From: a marine group bacterium Sva0996 bin134
GTDB taxonomy: Bacteria > Actinomycetota > Acidimicrobiia > Acidimicrobiales > Bin134
DNA: 64,000 bases
Direction of reading: 5' to 3'
Assembly (NCBI GenBank): GCA_002239105.1
Contig: MPNQ01000006.1
Coordinates: 2,595-66,594 of the forward strand
Part shown: positions 33,378 to 42,238 of the stretch, in pieces
Position numbering within the stretch: position 1 is the stretch's first letter
How the letters are laid out: each line of letters begins with the position of its first letter
Made by a program: the position numbers and the translations under genes
Notes under the pieces: model-generated
What the model saw: the letters and a program-made list of their open reading frames with translations, nothing else
The model's database searches: none
Told to the model about the DNA's origin: nothing

Positions 33378-33806
33378 TCATAGGCTGGATGGGGCAACGG
33401 CCAGATTCTCAGCCACCGCACCGTCATGAAGGCGGCGGTCCCACACGCCCATCACGAGATCAGAAACGCCCAGCTCCAGGGCGCTGGCCAGGTGGACGGC
33501 ATCGGCACCGCGCAGGCTGTGCCTCTTAGCCAGCTGGCCGGCGGCCATCTGCACGTTGCGAGTGAGCTCAACCGGGCGCATTGCGGCCCAGAACCCTTCC
33601 CAGTCATTCTCACACCGTGCCAGGCTGGCTTCGTCTAAGAGGTGGTTGCGCCCCGCCGCGGCCAATGCCGCCCGTACCTCCGGATAGGCAAGGCGACTCG
33701 ACACGGCCGCATCACATCCATCCCATAGCGCGGCCGCGATGTCACTCCCCGACTCCTCGACCACAAGTTTCACCAGGGCGCTGGCATCAAAATAGACGAC
33801 AGCCAC
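33378..33806 (-). CDS. vapC: PIN-domain VapC toxin
   Basis: MAVVYFDASALVKLVVEE...; acidic PIN residues present; directly downstream of a small antitoxin gene. Confidence 0.8.
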   Translation of the reverse strand: MAVVYFDASALVKLVVEESGSDIAAALWDGCDAAVSSRLAYPEVRAALAAAGRNHLLDEASLARCENDWEGFWAAMRPVELTRNVQMAAGQLAKRHSLRGADAVHLASALELGVSDLVMGVWDRRLHDGAVAENLAVAPSSL

Positions 33807-33809
33807 AGA

Positions 33810-34073
33810 TCAATCGCGCTGTTCAGCAACCAGATCGGAGACCGGACTATGGGACCGAGGTCGCTGGCGGCCGGTGGCCACAGGCCGACTTTGGGCTGAC
33901 GGCCGGGCAATGACCCCCTGCTGGACGAGAGATTCAATTGCAGAGGCGGTCTCCAACCCGACGATCTTGACCACCGGTATCCCCCGCTCAGTCACGACAA
34001 CCTCGTCGCCATCTCGAGCCCGACTCAGCCAGTGCCTCAGATTGGCCCGAAGCTCAGCAACTGCTACATCCAT
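33810..34073 (-). CDS. Phd/YefM-type antitoxin
   Basis: MDVAVAELRANLRHWLSRARDGDEVVVTERGIPVVKIV is a typical Phd/YefM N-terminus. I prefer the ATG at 34073. Confidence 0.75.
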   Translation of the reverse strand: MDVAVAELRANLRHWLSRARDGDEVVVTERGIPVVKIVGLETASAIESLVQQGVIARPSAQSRPVATGRQRPRSHSPVSDLVAEQRD

Positions 34074-34164
34074 GTTCAGAAGTGTACAACTTGCAGCGAG
34101 TGCTCTGTACACAAGATTCAGTTGGCGATGGCACCGGCTTAGGGATCAGCCGTTCTGTTCAGGG

Positions 34165-35226
34165 CTAATGGGTGGCCAGGCGATCCAAGACTTCCATGGC
34201 CTCGGCGATGATCGAGTCGATGATCTCCTGGCAGCTGGGAAGGGCGTCGATATTGCCCACGACCTGGCCGGTGGGCAAGATCCCGACTTCGGGGTGGCCG
34301 TCGACCATGGCGGCCTTGGTCATCATGGGAGCGTTGGCTGCCATGGCCATTTGAGCCCAGGTGAGGTCCAAGCTGCGACGCATAGCCAATCCCTCGGACA
34401 GAAGTTGGCGGTAGCCCACTCCGGTGAGGGCTCGGAACTTGAGCGCGTTGCGGGCGGCCCGGATGAACGACAGCGGTCCCGAGCGCTCCAGCCGGGAGAC
34501 CACATCGGTGTTGATCACCCGTTGGGGCACGCCATCGACTGCGGTGGTAACCACCGTGCCGGTGAGCTTGGTGTCCAGATACACGGCCTTGACATGGTCG
34601 GGGACGTCGCTGTCTGACGACAAGAGGAATCGGGTGCCCATGGCAACCCCGTCGGCGCCGAAGGCCAGGGCGGCGGCCAGCGAGCGTCCGTTCACCATGC
34701 CCCCGGCGGCAATGACCGGGATATCCACCGTGTCGACGACCGCGGGCAAAAGCAGGGAAGTGGCGATGGGGCCGGTGTGGCCTCCGCCCTCGGCGCCTTG
34801 GGCGATCACCGCGTCGACCCCCCACTCGGCCACCTTCTCGGCATGGCGGGGAGCGCCGATAGTGGGAACCACCACCACCCCGGCGTCCTTCAGCTTCTTG
34901 ACGATGGCTTCGCCGGGGGCCTGAGCGAAGCTGGCCACCGGAATCCCCGCGGCGATGATGTGGTCAACCCGTTGGTCGATGTCGGCGGCATCTGTGCGGA
35001 GATTCACCCCAAAAGGCCGGTCGGTGGCGGCAGCCACTGCGCTGATGGTCTCCACCATCTGACTGAATGTCAAGGGCGCGGCCGCAATGATGCCCAGACC
35101 GCCGGCATTGGATGTGGCTGCGGTTAGCCGAGCCCCGGATACCCAGCCCATGCCGGTTTGCACGATGGGGTGCTCCACCCCGAACAACTCGCACGCCCGA
35201 GTCCGCAGGCGGGGGTCAGCTGTCAC
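34165..35226 (-). CDS. ipdC: Nitronate monooxygenase-family (NMO) flavoprotein, IpdC-like
   Basis: NMO/FMN motifs: GMGWVSGARLTAATSNAGGLGII, AQGAEGGGHTG. Its position directly after the CoA-transferase A/B pair mirrors the mycobacterial ipdA-ipdB-ipdC arrangement. Confidence 0.6.
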   Translation of the reverse strand: MTADPRLRTRACELFGVEHPIVQTGMGWVSGARLTAATSNAGGLGIIAAAPLTFSQMVETISAVAAATDRPFGVNLRTDAADIDQRVDHIIAAGIPVASFAQAPGEAIVKKLKDAGVVVVPTIGAPRHAEKVAEWGVDAVIAQGAEGGGHTGPIATSLLLPAVVDTVDIPVIAAGGMVNGRSLAAALAFGADGVAMGTRFLLSSDSDVPDHVKAVYLDTKLTGTVVTTAVDGVPQRVINTDVVSRLERSGPLSFIRAARNALKFRALTGVGYRQLLSEGLAMRRSLDLTWAQMAMAANAPMMTKAAMVDGHPEVGILPTGQVVGNIDALPSCQEIIDSIIAEAMEVLDRLATH

Positions 35227-35274
35227 CGTAGAAACCCCTTGAATCGAATACGGGGGCCAGCGCTCATCTGGAGC

Positions 35275-36042
35275 TCAGCGGAACTCGGCCTTGCGGGCGC
35301 CACCAGGGTCGATCACCTCGCGGATGAGGCGCAACTCTTCCGCAGTGGGCAGCCGGGTTTCAGCCACGTCTTCGGTGCCAGCCAACTCGAAGGCAGTGGC
35401 CTCCGCTACCTGCTCCACCGTTACACCGGGGTGGACAGAGGCGATCCTCATGCGATTGTCGTCGGTCTGGAAGTCGAAAACCCCCAGGTTGGACACCACC
35501 CGTCGCACCTCGTGGAATCGGTTGCCCGGCGCGCCCAGTTCCCGCATCCGGTCGTATCCCGGCCCCGACACCACGTCTACTGAGGCCACGAACGAGCGGG
35601 TGGAGTGGTTGGGCACCCAATAGCTGGTGGGGTGGTTAATCAGGTTGCCAGGAGCGCCCCGCAGGCCGAGGAGTTGGGCCTTGGGCTGGCGGAAATCGCC
35701 GATAGCGGCGATGTTCTGGTTGCCCCACTGGTCGATCTGGCTGGCCCCCATCATCACGTGACGCTTGCCCGACCACACGATGTCAAACACGGTGCGGTAC
35801 GGCACCCATGACTCCACCATCTTTGGAGCATCGGGATCGCCCACCAGGAAGTCGTTGGCGGGCAGCACCGACACGGTGTCTGTGTACACCAGGTCGGGCT
35901 CGAAGACGGCCCGAGCCAGCCGGCCACCCACGATGGGCACGGTACCGATGGGATTGCACAAGATCTCGCCGTCGCCCCGGAAGGCTTCGGCGCAGGCCAC
36001 CACGCAGATCTCGTCGATGGTGGCTTCGACGGTGGTGCTCAT
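35275..36042 (-). CDS. ipdB: CoA-transferase family I, subunit B (IpdB-like)
   Basis: MSTTVEATIDEICVVACAEAFRGDGEIL... The start ATG 36042 overlaps the subunit A stop (ATGA). The track's 5' extension is spurious. Confidence 0.65.
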   Translation of the reverse strand: MSTTVEATIDEICVVACAEAFRGDGEILCNPIGTVPIVGGRLARAVFEPDLVYTDTVSVLPANDFLVGDPDAPKMVESWVPYRTVFDIVWSGKRHVMMGASQIDQWGNQNIAAIGDFRQPKAQLLGLRGAPGNLINHPTSYWVPNHSTRSFVASVDVVSGPGYDRMRELGAPGNRFHEVRRVVSNLGVFDFQTDDNRMRIASVHPGVTVEQVAEATAFELAGTEDVAETRLPTAEELRLIREVIDPGGARKAEFR

Positions 36043-36893
36043 GATCGGGCCTCCAGCGCTTTGAGGTACTCGGCATGGGAGGGAGCGTCGAGATAAGTGG
36101 AGCGAAACGCCTCCCAGGCCTCGGGATCGCGGGCCGTGGCCGCATATTCCCGTTGGAAGGATTCGTCGCGTCCGTAATCGGGCGGGCACTCAGTGAAGTG
36201 CGCTCCCTGGGGCGCCTCCACCACGCCGTCGGTGAAGATGCGCTGGATTCGCAGCGTGTGCACCGACCCCTCGTCGAGCAGGTTCTCGGTGGGCACGATC
36301 TTCTCGGTGCTCAGATAGGTCTTGTCGGCGGCCATGGCGAACAGATCGTCAAAATAGAGATCGGGACCCAGAAACTGGCCATTGCCGGCGGCGTCGGCCC
36401 TGTTCATGTGAATCAGCGCGGCATCGAGCCTGAAGGCGGGGATGGCCACCAACTCCTCCCCGTCATCATAGGGAGAGGTCACTGTGCGCAGGTCGGGGTT
36501 CATGGTCAGCATGTCGGAACCCAACCCGGCCCGGGTGGGATAGAACGGCACCCGGTGAGCGGCGGCCAAAAGTCCCAGGTAGAAGGCCCCCTCGTCCAGT
36601 TCGGTGAACTCAATGGCCCCACTCTGGCGGGCTTGGCGGAAGTGGGGCTCCAACGGGATGGAGTCGAGGGAGACGAACCCGTATACCGCCCGGCGAAGCT
36701 TGCCAGCGGCGCACAGCAGCCCGATGTCGGGACCGCCGTAGGCCACCACGGTCAGATCCTTGAGATCAGAGCGCAGAATGGCCCGCACCAGTGACATGGG
36801 TTTGCGACGGGATCCCCATCCGCCGATCCCTATGGTCATGCCGTCTTTCAATTCGGCAACGACCTCGTCTTCGGTCATCCGCTTGTCGACCAT
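36039..36893 (-). CDS. ipdA: CoA-transferase family I, subunit A (IpdA-like)
   Basis: GMTIGIGGWGSRRKPMSLVRAILRSDLKDLTVVAYGGPDIGLLCAAGK closely resembles my recollection of mycobacterial IpdA. Confidence 0.65.
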   Translation of the reverse strand: MVDKRMTEDEVVAELKDGMTIGIGGWGSRRKPMSLVRAILRSDLKDLTVVAYGGPDIGLLCAAGKLRRAVYGFVSLDSIPLEPHFRQARQSGAIEFTELDEGAFYLGLLAAAHRVPFYPTRAGLGSDMLTMNPDLRTVTSPYDDGEELVAIPAFRLDAALIHMNRADAAGNGQFLGPDLYFDDLFAMAADKTYLSTEKIVPTENLLDEGSVHTLRIQRIFTDGVVEAPQGAHFTECPPDYGRDESFQREYAATARDPEAWEAFRSTYLDAPSHAEYLKALEARS

Positions 36894-36927
36894 GGCGGCG
36901 ACGATAGCCCGCGCCTAGGACACGGCC

Positions 36928-37003
36928 CACACTGGCAGCAATGGTCTCCGAGAGCCAGTGGGGTGCCCGCCACACTCCCCATAGGGCACACTGGCAGCAA
37001 TGG
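36928..37003. repeat. 17-bp perfect direct repeat CACACTGGCAGCAATGG (36928-36944 and 36987-37003) in a divergent intergenic region
   Basis: Read directly from the sequence. The second copy contains the ATG (37000) of the SDR gene. A third partial CACACT lies at 36971. Confidence 0.9.
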
Positions 37004-37788
37004 ACGACCTCGATTTCACCGGCAAGACCGCCATCATCACCGGTGGCACCAAAGGGCTGGGCCGGGGCATGGCCACCCGTTTCCTGTCGGCGGGCGCCGA
37101 CGTGGTGATCTGCGCCCGCCGCCCGCCGGACGACCCGGTGATCGCTAACGGTCGGGAGGCCGTGTTTGTGGCCGCCGATGTGCGGGACCCCGAGCAGGTC
37201 GCCGGAGTGGTGACCGCCGCGGTGGAACGCACCGGGCGGGTGGACACCCTCATCAACAACGCGGGCGGGGCGCCTCCAGCCGACTCGGCCACGGTGTCGC
37301 CCCGGTTCAACGAGAAGATCGTGGCCCTGAACCTGATGGCCCCAATGGCGTTCAGCCAGGCGGTGTACCCGGTGATGCAGAACCAGGACAGCGGCGGGGT
37401 GATCCTCAACATCTCCTCGGTTTCGGGCATTAGGCCCAACCCGATGGGCATCGCCTACGGGGCGGCCAAGGCCGGGCTGTTGAACCTGAGCGAGACCCTG
37501 GCGGTGGAGTGGGGACCGAAGATACGGGTGCTTACCGTGACGGTCGGGCTGATCGTGACCGAGGACGCCTATTTGTATTACGGAGACGATGCCGGCATCG
37601 CCGCGGTGGGAGAGACCATCGCCCTGGGCCGCATGGGCCAACCCGACGACGTGGCCGACGTGTGCTTGTTCTTGGCGTCACCCATGGCCCGGTGGATGTC
37701 GGGGGCCAACATCAAGGTCCACGGCGGCGGGGAGAAGCCGGCCTATCTGGGCGTCTCCACCGGCGAGGTGGCCGCCGAGGACGGGTAA
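37000..37788 (+). CDS. SDR-family oxidoreductase
   Basis: GKTAIITGGTKGLGRG; YGAAKAG catalytic YxxxK. Confidence 0.85.
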   Translation: MDDLDFTGKTAIITGGTKGLGRGMATRFLSAGADVVICARRPPDDPVIANGREAVFVAADVRDPEQVAGVVTAAVERTGRVDTLINNAGGAPPADSATVSPRFNEKIVALNLMAPMAFSQAVYPVMQNQDSGGVILNISSVSGIRPNPMGIAYGAAKAGLLNLSETLAVEWGPKIRVLTVTVGLIVTEDAYLYYGDDAGIAAVGETIALGRMGQPDDVADVCLFLASPMARWMSGANIKVHGGGEKPAYLGVSTGEVAAEDG

Positions 37789-37798
37789 TCGCTCCACG

Positions 37799-38701
37799 AT
37801 GGCGGTGAGCATTCCGTTCGTGACCGAGCCCGAGGTGGACTACGGCGCGGTGGTGGAGATGGCCCCCGGTCTGCGCCGGGTGATGGCCAACAATCCCAGC
37901 AAGTTCACCTACCGGGGGACCGGGACCTACATCGTCGGACAGGGCCGGGTGGCCATCGTTGACCCCGGCCCCGACGACGCCGACCATGTCGCCGCGGTGC
38001 TGGCCGCAGTCGACGGTGAGCAGGTAGAGGCCCTGCTCATCACCCACACCCACCGGGACCATTCCCCCGCGTCCCGGGCAGTGGCCGAGGCCACCGGAGC
38101 TCCGGCCTACGGCTTTGGCCCCCACCCGGCGTCTGACACAGACGACGGCAAGAGCGAGGAGCGGGGCGACACTGACTTCGCCCCCGATATGGCCGTGGTG
38201 CACGGCGATGTGGTCGAAGGGCCGGGGTGGAGCTTCGAGTGCCTTTACACCCCCGGCCACATCTCCAACCACGTCGCCTACCGCTGGCGGGAAGCGGACG
38301 GGGTTTTTACCGGTGACCACATCATGGGGTGGTCCACCACCGTCATCCCTCCGCCCGACGGCAACATGACCGACTACCTGTCCAGCCTTCGGCTATTGGC
38401 CGATTCCCCCGGCGACCGCGTGTACTGGCCCACTCACGGTCCGCCGGTCACCGAGCCCCATGCGTTGGTGGAAGCCCTGTACGCCCACCGTCTAGATCGA
38501 GAGCGCCAGATCCTGGAGTGCCTGGCCACCGGGCCGCAGACCATCGCCGAGATGGTGGAGGTGATGTACGCCGACGTGGCCACAGAACTGCATGAGCCCG
38601 CCGCCCGCTCAGTGCTGGCCCACCTCATCGCCATGGTTGGCGACGGACGGGTGGATACCGACGGAGACGCGTCCGCAAAGGCGGTGTACTTCCGGGAATA
38701 G
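37799..38701 (+). CDS. MBL-fold metallo-hydrolase
   Basis: LLITHTHRDH (HxHxDH) motif. I prefer the ATG at 37799 (MAVSIPFVTEPE); the track's 5' extension overlaps the SDR in another frame. Confidence 0.8.
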   Translation: MAVSIPFVTEPEVDYGAVVEMAPGLRRVMANNPSKFTYRGTGTYIVGQGRVAIVDPGPDDADHVAAVLAAVDGEQVEALLITHTHRDHSPASRAVAEATGAPAYGFGPHPASDTDDGKSEERGDTDFAPDMAVVHGDVVEGPGWSFECLYTPGHISNHVAYRWREADGVFTGDHIMGWSTTVIPPPDGNMTDYLSSLRLLADSPGDRVYWPTHGPPVTEPHALVEALYAHRLDRERQILECLATGPQTIAEMVEVMYADVATELHEPAARSVLAHLIAMVGDGRVDTDGDASAKAVYFRE

Positions 38702-38741
38702 CAGGCGGAGCGGGCTGCGACCACCTCGCCCTGCTGTTCGA

Positions 38742-39437
38742 CTAGGAGACCGTTGCCGGAGACGCGTTCAAGTAGCAGGAGGTGAGGGCTGACGCCACCT
38801 CGTCCTGAGCCTCCCCGAAGCCCTCTCCGGTGTCGACCACCATGGCGTCTCTGACTACGGCCCGCAGCCCATCAACCGAAATTTGGGAGGCGATGCACTC
38901 GGCTCGATCAATGGGTTCACCCTCTGAGACCAAGACCTGGACCACGAAGTTCCGCCAGTCAACGCAACCCAAGGCAAGATTCTCAAGATCAAACGCCTCT
39001 CGATCGGAAATGTCGAACCAGTCCCCAAACACAAACAATCCCGGCTGCCGATATGCCTCAGCAAACGACTCCGGGTTGAGCCCCAGTTCGCCCAAGCGTT
39101 CGTCGGTGAACACGGCAAATGCCTCCTCGGCCAGGCAAATGATCTCCTGTCGCGACATAAACGTGGTGACCAGTTCGTCTCCCATAACCAGCTCTGAAAA
39201 GGTGTCGGTCAACTCTTGCCTGTTGGGCCCGGGTGGATCGCCATTACCAGCCTGGTCGCCATTGTCGGGGACAGCGGCGTCGGTAGGCGACGAACTGGGG
39301 GCTTCGACCGTCTCAGTGGACTGGACAGCGGGAGCCTGGGTAGCGGGGACAGACGGTGCGCTGCCCTCGCTGTCGCTCGAGCAGGCCGCTGCCACCAGGG
39401 TCAATGCGAATATCGGAATGAACCAGCCGCGGCACAT
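38742..39437 (-). CDS. Secreted lipoprotein with Cys-motif helical domain (paralogous to the N-terminal part of the next gene)
   Basis: Lipobox LTLVAAAC; low-complexity linker; motifs IICLAEEAFAVFTDERLGELG and AECIASQISVDGLRAV. Confidence 0.65.
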   Translation of the reverse strand: MCRGWFIPIFALTLVAAACSSDSEGSAPSVPATQAPAVQSTETVEAPSSSPTDAAVPDNGDQAGNGDPPGPNRQELTDTFSELVMGDELVTTFMSRQEIICLAEEAFAVFTDERLGELGLNPESFAEAYRQPGLFVFGDWFDISDREAFDLENLALGCVDWRNFVVQVLVSEGEPIDRAECIASQISVDGLRAVVRDAMVVDTGEGFGEAQDEVASALTSCYLNASPATVS

Positions 39438-39452
39438 AGGTCAACCCCAGCG

Positions 39453-40985
39453 TTAGCCGATTTCTTCAATGGTGACCGAGTTGACGGTTACCGGGGGTTC
39501 GGGGCCTCCGCCCAGTGGGTTGTCGGGCTGGTCGACGTGGCTGGCCAAAATGGCCTCGGCCACCGCCAGGCTGTCGGCGTCCATCTGTCCGAATACCACG
39601 TAAGTGCCCTGGCTGTTGAGCAGGGCGGTGTTCTCGTTGACGGCAAAGAAGAACTGGGCGCTGGCGCTGTTGGGCGCCCCGGTGCGGGCCATCACGATCT
39701 GTCCCGGTTCGTAGGTGAATCCGAAGCCCTCATCGGGAATGGTGTAGCCCGGTCCTGGGTCGCTCGGCGAATTGGTGTGGGGCGCCCCACCCTGGATGAT
39801 GCCGATGCTGGGGTCGGTGCGGAACAACAGCGTGCCGTCGTAGTAGTGATACCGGGCCAGCACTGCGAAATTGTTGGCCGTGATTGGCGTGTTGAACATG
39901 TCGAGGCTTATCCGCATCTCCCCCGCAGTGGTGTCGAACACTGCGGTGTACTGCTTGGCCGGATCCAAGCACAGGGGCTGGAGGCCATCGAAATCCAACA
40001 CTGTGGGTCCCGATCCATCGGCAGGCGGACATGGACCCGAACCGAAACTCTGCACCGCAGCGGGGCCGCCAGAGCCAGAATCGAATCCGCCCATTGCCTC
40101 AAGCTCTTCGGGGGTTAGGCACCGGTTCTGGAGGGCCGAGAGCTCGCCGAACATCTCTGCGATTTCCTCATCGCTCTCAGGCTCCTGGGCCCCGAGCATC
40201 ATGGCGACAAACTCATCGGACAGCCCGTCGGCCACGCACCTAGCACTCTCCTCAGATAGCCCGTCTTGGACAAATGTCTGATAGAGCATCTCCCGAACGT
40301 CGAAGCAAGCCTGCGACGCTGCTTGGACCTCCTCTGGCCCTATGCCTAAGTCATTCTCCGACTCGGCAATCACCACGCTCATCGCCATGGCCCGAATTCC
40401 ATCATCTGAAATCTCCGACGCGATGCAGCGGGCCTGCTCGCCTGGGACACCCTCAGCCTCGAATCCCTTAGTGAGTACCCATCGCCAATCAACACACTCC
40501 ACTGCCCTGTCCACCATCTCTGAAATCTCATCTTCGGTGATTGCATAGGTATCGCCAAGGGCAAGAATCCCTCTTTCTCGGTAAAACGCAGCTACCGACG
40601 AGCCGCTTATACCCAGTTCCACGAGCCGGTCGTCAGAAAGAACTCCGGCCAAGCCGTCGGCCAAGCAGCGAACCTGGTCTTCGGGAATGGTGAATGGACG
40701 GTATTCGTCCTGCATCGTGTCGTCTTCGTGAATCGCCGTGAACAGCGCGTCCGCCAAATCGCGTTGACCATCTGTGAGCACGACAGTGGCGTCGGTCGGA
40801 TCAGGGGCAGGGGTTGCCGCGACCTCGGTAGCCTCAGTGGGCTGGGGCACCGCCGTGGTCGCTGCCGCAGGCGGTGTGCTGTCGTCGTTGTCGCTAGAGC
40901 AAGCTGCGGCAACCAAGCAGACCAGGGCTAAAGGCAAGACCATTTTCAATATGCGCATCAGGGCACCCATCCTTCCAATCACCAC
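39453..40985 (-). CDS. Lipoprotein with repeated Cys-motif domain fused to a C-terminal cyclophilin-type peptidyl-prolyl isomerase
   Basis: Lipobox LVCLVAAAC. Cyclophilin core: FNTPITANNFAVLARYHYYDGTLLFR...GQIVMARTGAPNSASAQFFF. Confidence 0.8.
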   Translation of the reverse strand: MVIGRMGALMRILKMVLPLALVCLVAAACSSDNDDSTPPAAATTAVPQPTEATEVAATPAPDPTDATVVLTDGQRDLADALFTAIHEDDTMQDEYRPFTIPEDQVRCLADGLAGVLSDDRLVELGISGSSVAAFYRERGILALGDTYAITEDEISEMVDRAVECVDWRWVLTKGFEAEGVPGEQARCIASEISDDGIRAMAMSVVIAESENDLGIGPEEVQAASQACFDVREMLYQTFVQDGLSEESARCVADGLSDEFVAMMLGAQEPESDEEIAEMFGELSALQNRCLTPEELEAMGGFDSGSGGPAAVQSFGSGPCPPADGSGPTVLDFDGLQPLCLDPAKQYTAVFDTTAGEMRISLDMFNTPITANNFAVLARYHYYDGTLLFRTDPSIGIIQGGAPHTNSPSDPGPGYTIPDEGFGFTYEPGQIVMARTGAPNSASAQFFFAVNENTALLNSQGTYVVFGQMDADSLAVAEAILASHVDQPDNPLGGGPEPPVTVNSVTIEEIG

Positions 40986-41046
40986 CTACGACGCTCCAAC
41001 GGTACCCACGGTTCCTCCAAAAGCGGCGCAATTGGCGGTAGCCACC

Positions 41047-42186
41047 TCAGGCCACTGCGCCCGATGAGCGGAGCGCTTCCACCTGCTCGGCGGAGTAGCC
41101 CAGCTCTGTGAGCACCGAGTCGGTATCGGCTCCGGGAGACTGCGACGTCACCGCGGGCTCTGATGGCGTCCCCTCGAAACGGGGAGCGGGCCGCGGCTGG
41201 GTGACCCCGCTGAATTCGAAAAATGAATCACGGGCCTGGGCGTGAGGATGCGACGGGGTTTGCCCCATGGTGAGAACCGGGCTGACGCAGGCGTCGGTGC
41301 CGTCGAACACCGCCACCCACTCATCCAGAGTGCGCTGGGCGATGATCTCGGCTACCCGCTGCTTCATCTCCGGCCACCGACCCCGGTCCATCTGGTCGGG
41401 CAAATCTTCGGCTCCGGCCAGGCCGATGCCGGCCATGAACTCGGCGTGGAACTGGGGCTCGATAGCGCCCACTGCCAGCCACTTGCCGTCGGAAGTGCCG
41501 TATACCTCGTAGAAATACGCCCCAGAGTCCAAGAAATTGGCCCCGTAGTCGTCGGTCCAGAACCCGCTGGCATGGGCGGCATACAGCGGCGACAGAAGGT
41601 AGGCCGCACCGTCCACCATGGCGGCGTCCACCACCTGGCCTTCGCCGCCCCGGGCCACCTCCAACAGGGCGGCCACCATGCCCAGCACCAGGAACATCGA
41701 GCCGCCCCCGAAGTCGCCGATGAGATTGAGGGGCACCGTGGGCGGCTGTCCCGTCCGGCCGATGTGGGCCAGCGGGCCGGCCAACGAGATGTAGTTGATG
41801 TCGTGGCCGGCCCGGTCGGCCAGCGGACCGGACTGGCCCCAGCCGGTCATGCGCCCGTAGACCAGCTTGGGATTGTGGGCCAGACAAGCGTCAGGCCCGA
41901 CGCCGAGGCGCTCGGCCACCCCGGCCCGGAAGCCCTCGAACATGCCGTCGGACGCCTGAATTAGCCGGAGCACCGCCTCCACGCCTTCAGACTGCTTGAG
42001 GTTGAAGGCAACGGTCCGCTTGCCCCGCTCCATGGGACCCGATTGCGAGGCCACCGGGTTGCCTGAGCCGCCCACCCGATCTACCCGGATGACCTCGGCG
42101 CCCATGTCCGACAGCATCATCCCGGCGAACGGGGTCGGCCCGATCCCGGCCAACTCCACGATGCGCATTCCCTTCAGCGGACCCAT
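41047..42186 (-). CDS. Family III (CaiB/BaiF) CoA-transferase / alpha-methylacyl-CoA racemase-like
   Basis: MGPLKGMRIVELAGIGPTPFAGMMLSDMGAEVIRVDR. I prefer the start at ATG 42186; the upstream 107 codons of the track ORF look non-coding. Confidence 0.8.
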   Translation of the reverse strand: MGPLKGMRIVELAGIGPTPFAGMMLSDMGAEVIRVDRVGGSGNPVASQSGPMERGKRTVAFNLKQSEGVEAVLRLIQASDGMFEGFRAGVAERLGVGPDACLAHNPKLVYGRMTGWGQSGPLADRAGHDINYISLAGPLAHIGRTGQPPTVPLNLIGDFGGGSMFLVLGMVAALLEVARGGEGQVVDAAMVDGAAYLLSPLYAAHASGFWTDDYGANFLDSGAYFYEVYGTSDGKWLAVGAIEPQFHAEFMAGIGLAGAEDLPDQMDRGRWPEMKQRVAEIIAQRTLDEWVAVFDGTDACVSPVLTMGQTPSHPHAQARDSFFEFSGVTQPRPAPRFEGTPSEPAVTSQSPGADTDSVLTELGYSAEQVEALRSSGAVA

Positions 42187-42238
42187 GGCCCTACGGTATG
42201 CCTGCCACCCAATGCAACCGAAAGGCGGAGCGACACCG

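Noticed and set aside
36931-37003. Sigma-54-like TGGCA element inside the 17-bp repeat
   Set aside because: The -24/-12 spacing (TGGCAC-N5-TTGCW) is not satisfied.
36766-37641. 291-aa minus-strand ORF, and the 178-aa ORF 36915-37451
   Set aside because: Antisense to the SDR 37000-37788 and overlapping ipdA, with no motifs.
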